A program made the translations under genes and the position numbers. A stretch of 64,000 nucleotides of DNA from Bispira polyomma (Eukaryota): assembly GCA_965649765.1 (NCBI GenBank), contig OZ287750.1, positions 52,142,001 through 52,206,000 on the forward strand, read 5' to 3'. Under the pieces are notes generated by a model that worked only from the letters and a program-made list of their open reading frames with translations, ran no database searches and was not told where the DNA came from. Positions 62,410 to 64,000 of the stretch are shown here, in pieces (position 1 is the stretch's first letter; each line of letters starts with the position of its first letter).

Positions 62410-62625
62410 TAGTAAAAGTATGGATAAACTTTGTAAAAGTATGGATAAATTGGGTAAAAGTATGGATAAACTAGATAAAAGTATGGAAAAACTGGGTAAA
62501 AGAATGCATGGATAAACATGGTAAAAGTATTAATAAATAGGGTAAAAGTATAGATAAACTTGGTAAAAGTATAGATAAACTTGGAAAAAGTATGGATAAA
62601 CAGGGTAAACGTATACATAATTTGG
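62410..62625. repeat. 21-bp minisatellite
   Basis: gtaaaagtatggataaacttg; degenerate units continue to about 63220. Confidence 0.85.
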
Positions 62626-64000
62626 GGTAACAAGATACCTTTACGGGATATAAGTATCCAGAAAGGTTTGGTTAAAGGTATGCATAGTATGTGGTTTAAG
62701 TATACTTCATGTGGTAAAACTATGCATTTAACTGGTAAATGTATAATGATTATATCAAATATATAATCCCATTTATATCGCCAAAGAAAGGCTAACTTTG
62801 TATGTGAGGCTGGTTTGTGTCCCTCACCACATTTATGTAAATAAATAATGTATATATAAGTCACTTGTGTGATGTAATCAAATTTTAAAGTATGCTTGGT
62901 TTAATATATACATTTTTGTCAGTTGAATAAACTGGCCATTTCAATCCACATCTTTTGTTTTTATCTTTGTTTATAAATATTCCTGAATTTGGGCTGATAT
63001 AAATACATTTATGAGATAAAAGCATGCACAAACCTGGTAAAAGTATGCATCAACTTTGGTAAATGTATGAATGTATTTTGGTAAGAGCAAACATTCATGT
63101 GATCAAAGTGTACATAAGTTTCACTGAAGTATGCATAATTTTGGAAAAAGGATACCTTTATGCGATGTAATTATGTATGAAACTTGACTAAAGTTTGTAT
63201 ATACCAGTAAAAGTATACACATAATTGGACAATTAGCATTGAGAAACTCAGCATAAGTGAGAATATATATATTACATATTTGTGGATCATTCTAACAGTT
63301 TATACAGTGCCAAGTACTCCAGTTCAGTATACCTACTCCTTTAAGTGAATAAGTAAATCTACTTGAAATGTCAGACCTTTGCAATAAGCCATAGATTTTT
63401 TGGGGGAGCTTTTGTTTCTAGTGACCTCTATATAATAGAACTGGCCTCATCAGCAAGCTGCTGAAAATACTGTGGGGCGGGGAGATGGGGTGTGTGAGGG
63501 GGTGGAGATTGCCTGGAGGTGACACAAGTAATGTGTCACTCCTAAGGAAAGGATAAGAGTCTCTTTTAGCTGTTTAGTACTAAAGAAACTAATCTCATCA
63601 CAGACTGTAAGAGTCAATAGACTTGACTGTGACCTGTTGTTTACTATTCCATTTGTTTCCAGCTTCACATGCAAGGGGGTGGGCGGATGGGGTGTGGTTG
63701 AACAAAGTTGATAATAAAAATACCTTTTTTTCAGGCAACTAACTTTTTATTGATAACATAGCAGAATTGAGTACGGAGTAACATGTAGAGTATACCATAT
63801 ATGTGATGATAAGTCTAACTTTGTAGTTATATAATACAATTTCAAGAATTTCAGTGACTCAAGGTGGCAAACAACATTAAGTTTATAAGTGTTTCATAAA
63901 CATAAAAACATGATATAAAAATACAATTTGTTAGTTCAAAGGAATAAGTCACATGGACAATCTATGTGTGTAACAGAACACACTTGAACGCAGAGATATC

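Noticed and set aside
62091-62864. 127-aa and 151-aa ORFs
   Set aside because: Produced by a MITE and the 21-bp minisatellite (period divisible by 3); no recognisable domain.

Overview
AT-rich, repeat-dense eukaryotic DNA, most likely from a marine invertebrate (inferred from the repeat families; species not determinable). The + strand carries the 3' part of one collagen gene. I assembled 25 coding exons by hand between 4398 and the TAA stop at 47851-47853 (1905 nt, 634 aa); the 5' end lies upstream of the window. The protein is Gly-X-Y with short interruptions, then a Cys-containing helical NC2, a COL1 domain with two spaced imperfections and a short NC1 ending VKGP*. With its 33-147-55-(102+90)-78-terminal exon series, this points to a FACIT/collagen IX-like chain; the comparison with vertebrate genes is from memory. 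Main oddities: a C-x-C NC1 instead of C-x4-C; a 10-kb last intron holding a candidate in-frame 33-nt exon flanked by TGCATG motifs, other strong orphan acceptors and a 2-kb minisatellite that reads as collagen triplets with RGD; degenerate copies of exon ends just downstream of several donors; a GC-AG intron; and a tandem acceptor one triplet apart. The rest is tRNA-derived SINEs (some nested, with TSDs), MITEs, L2/CR1 remnants and minisatellites. No second gene was found, and about 52.4-64 kb looks intergenic. All alternative-splicing claims are predictions from sequence only.
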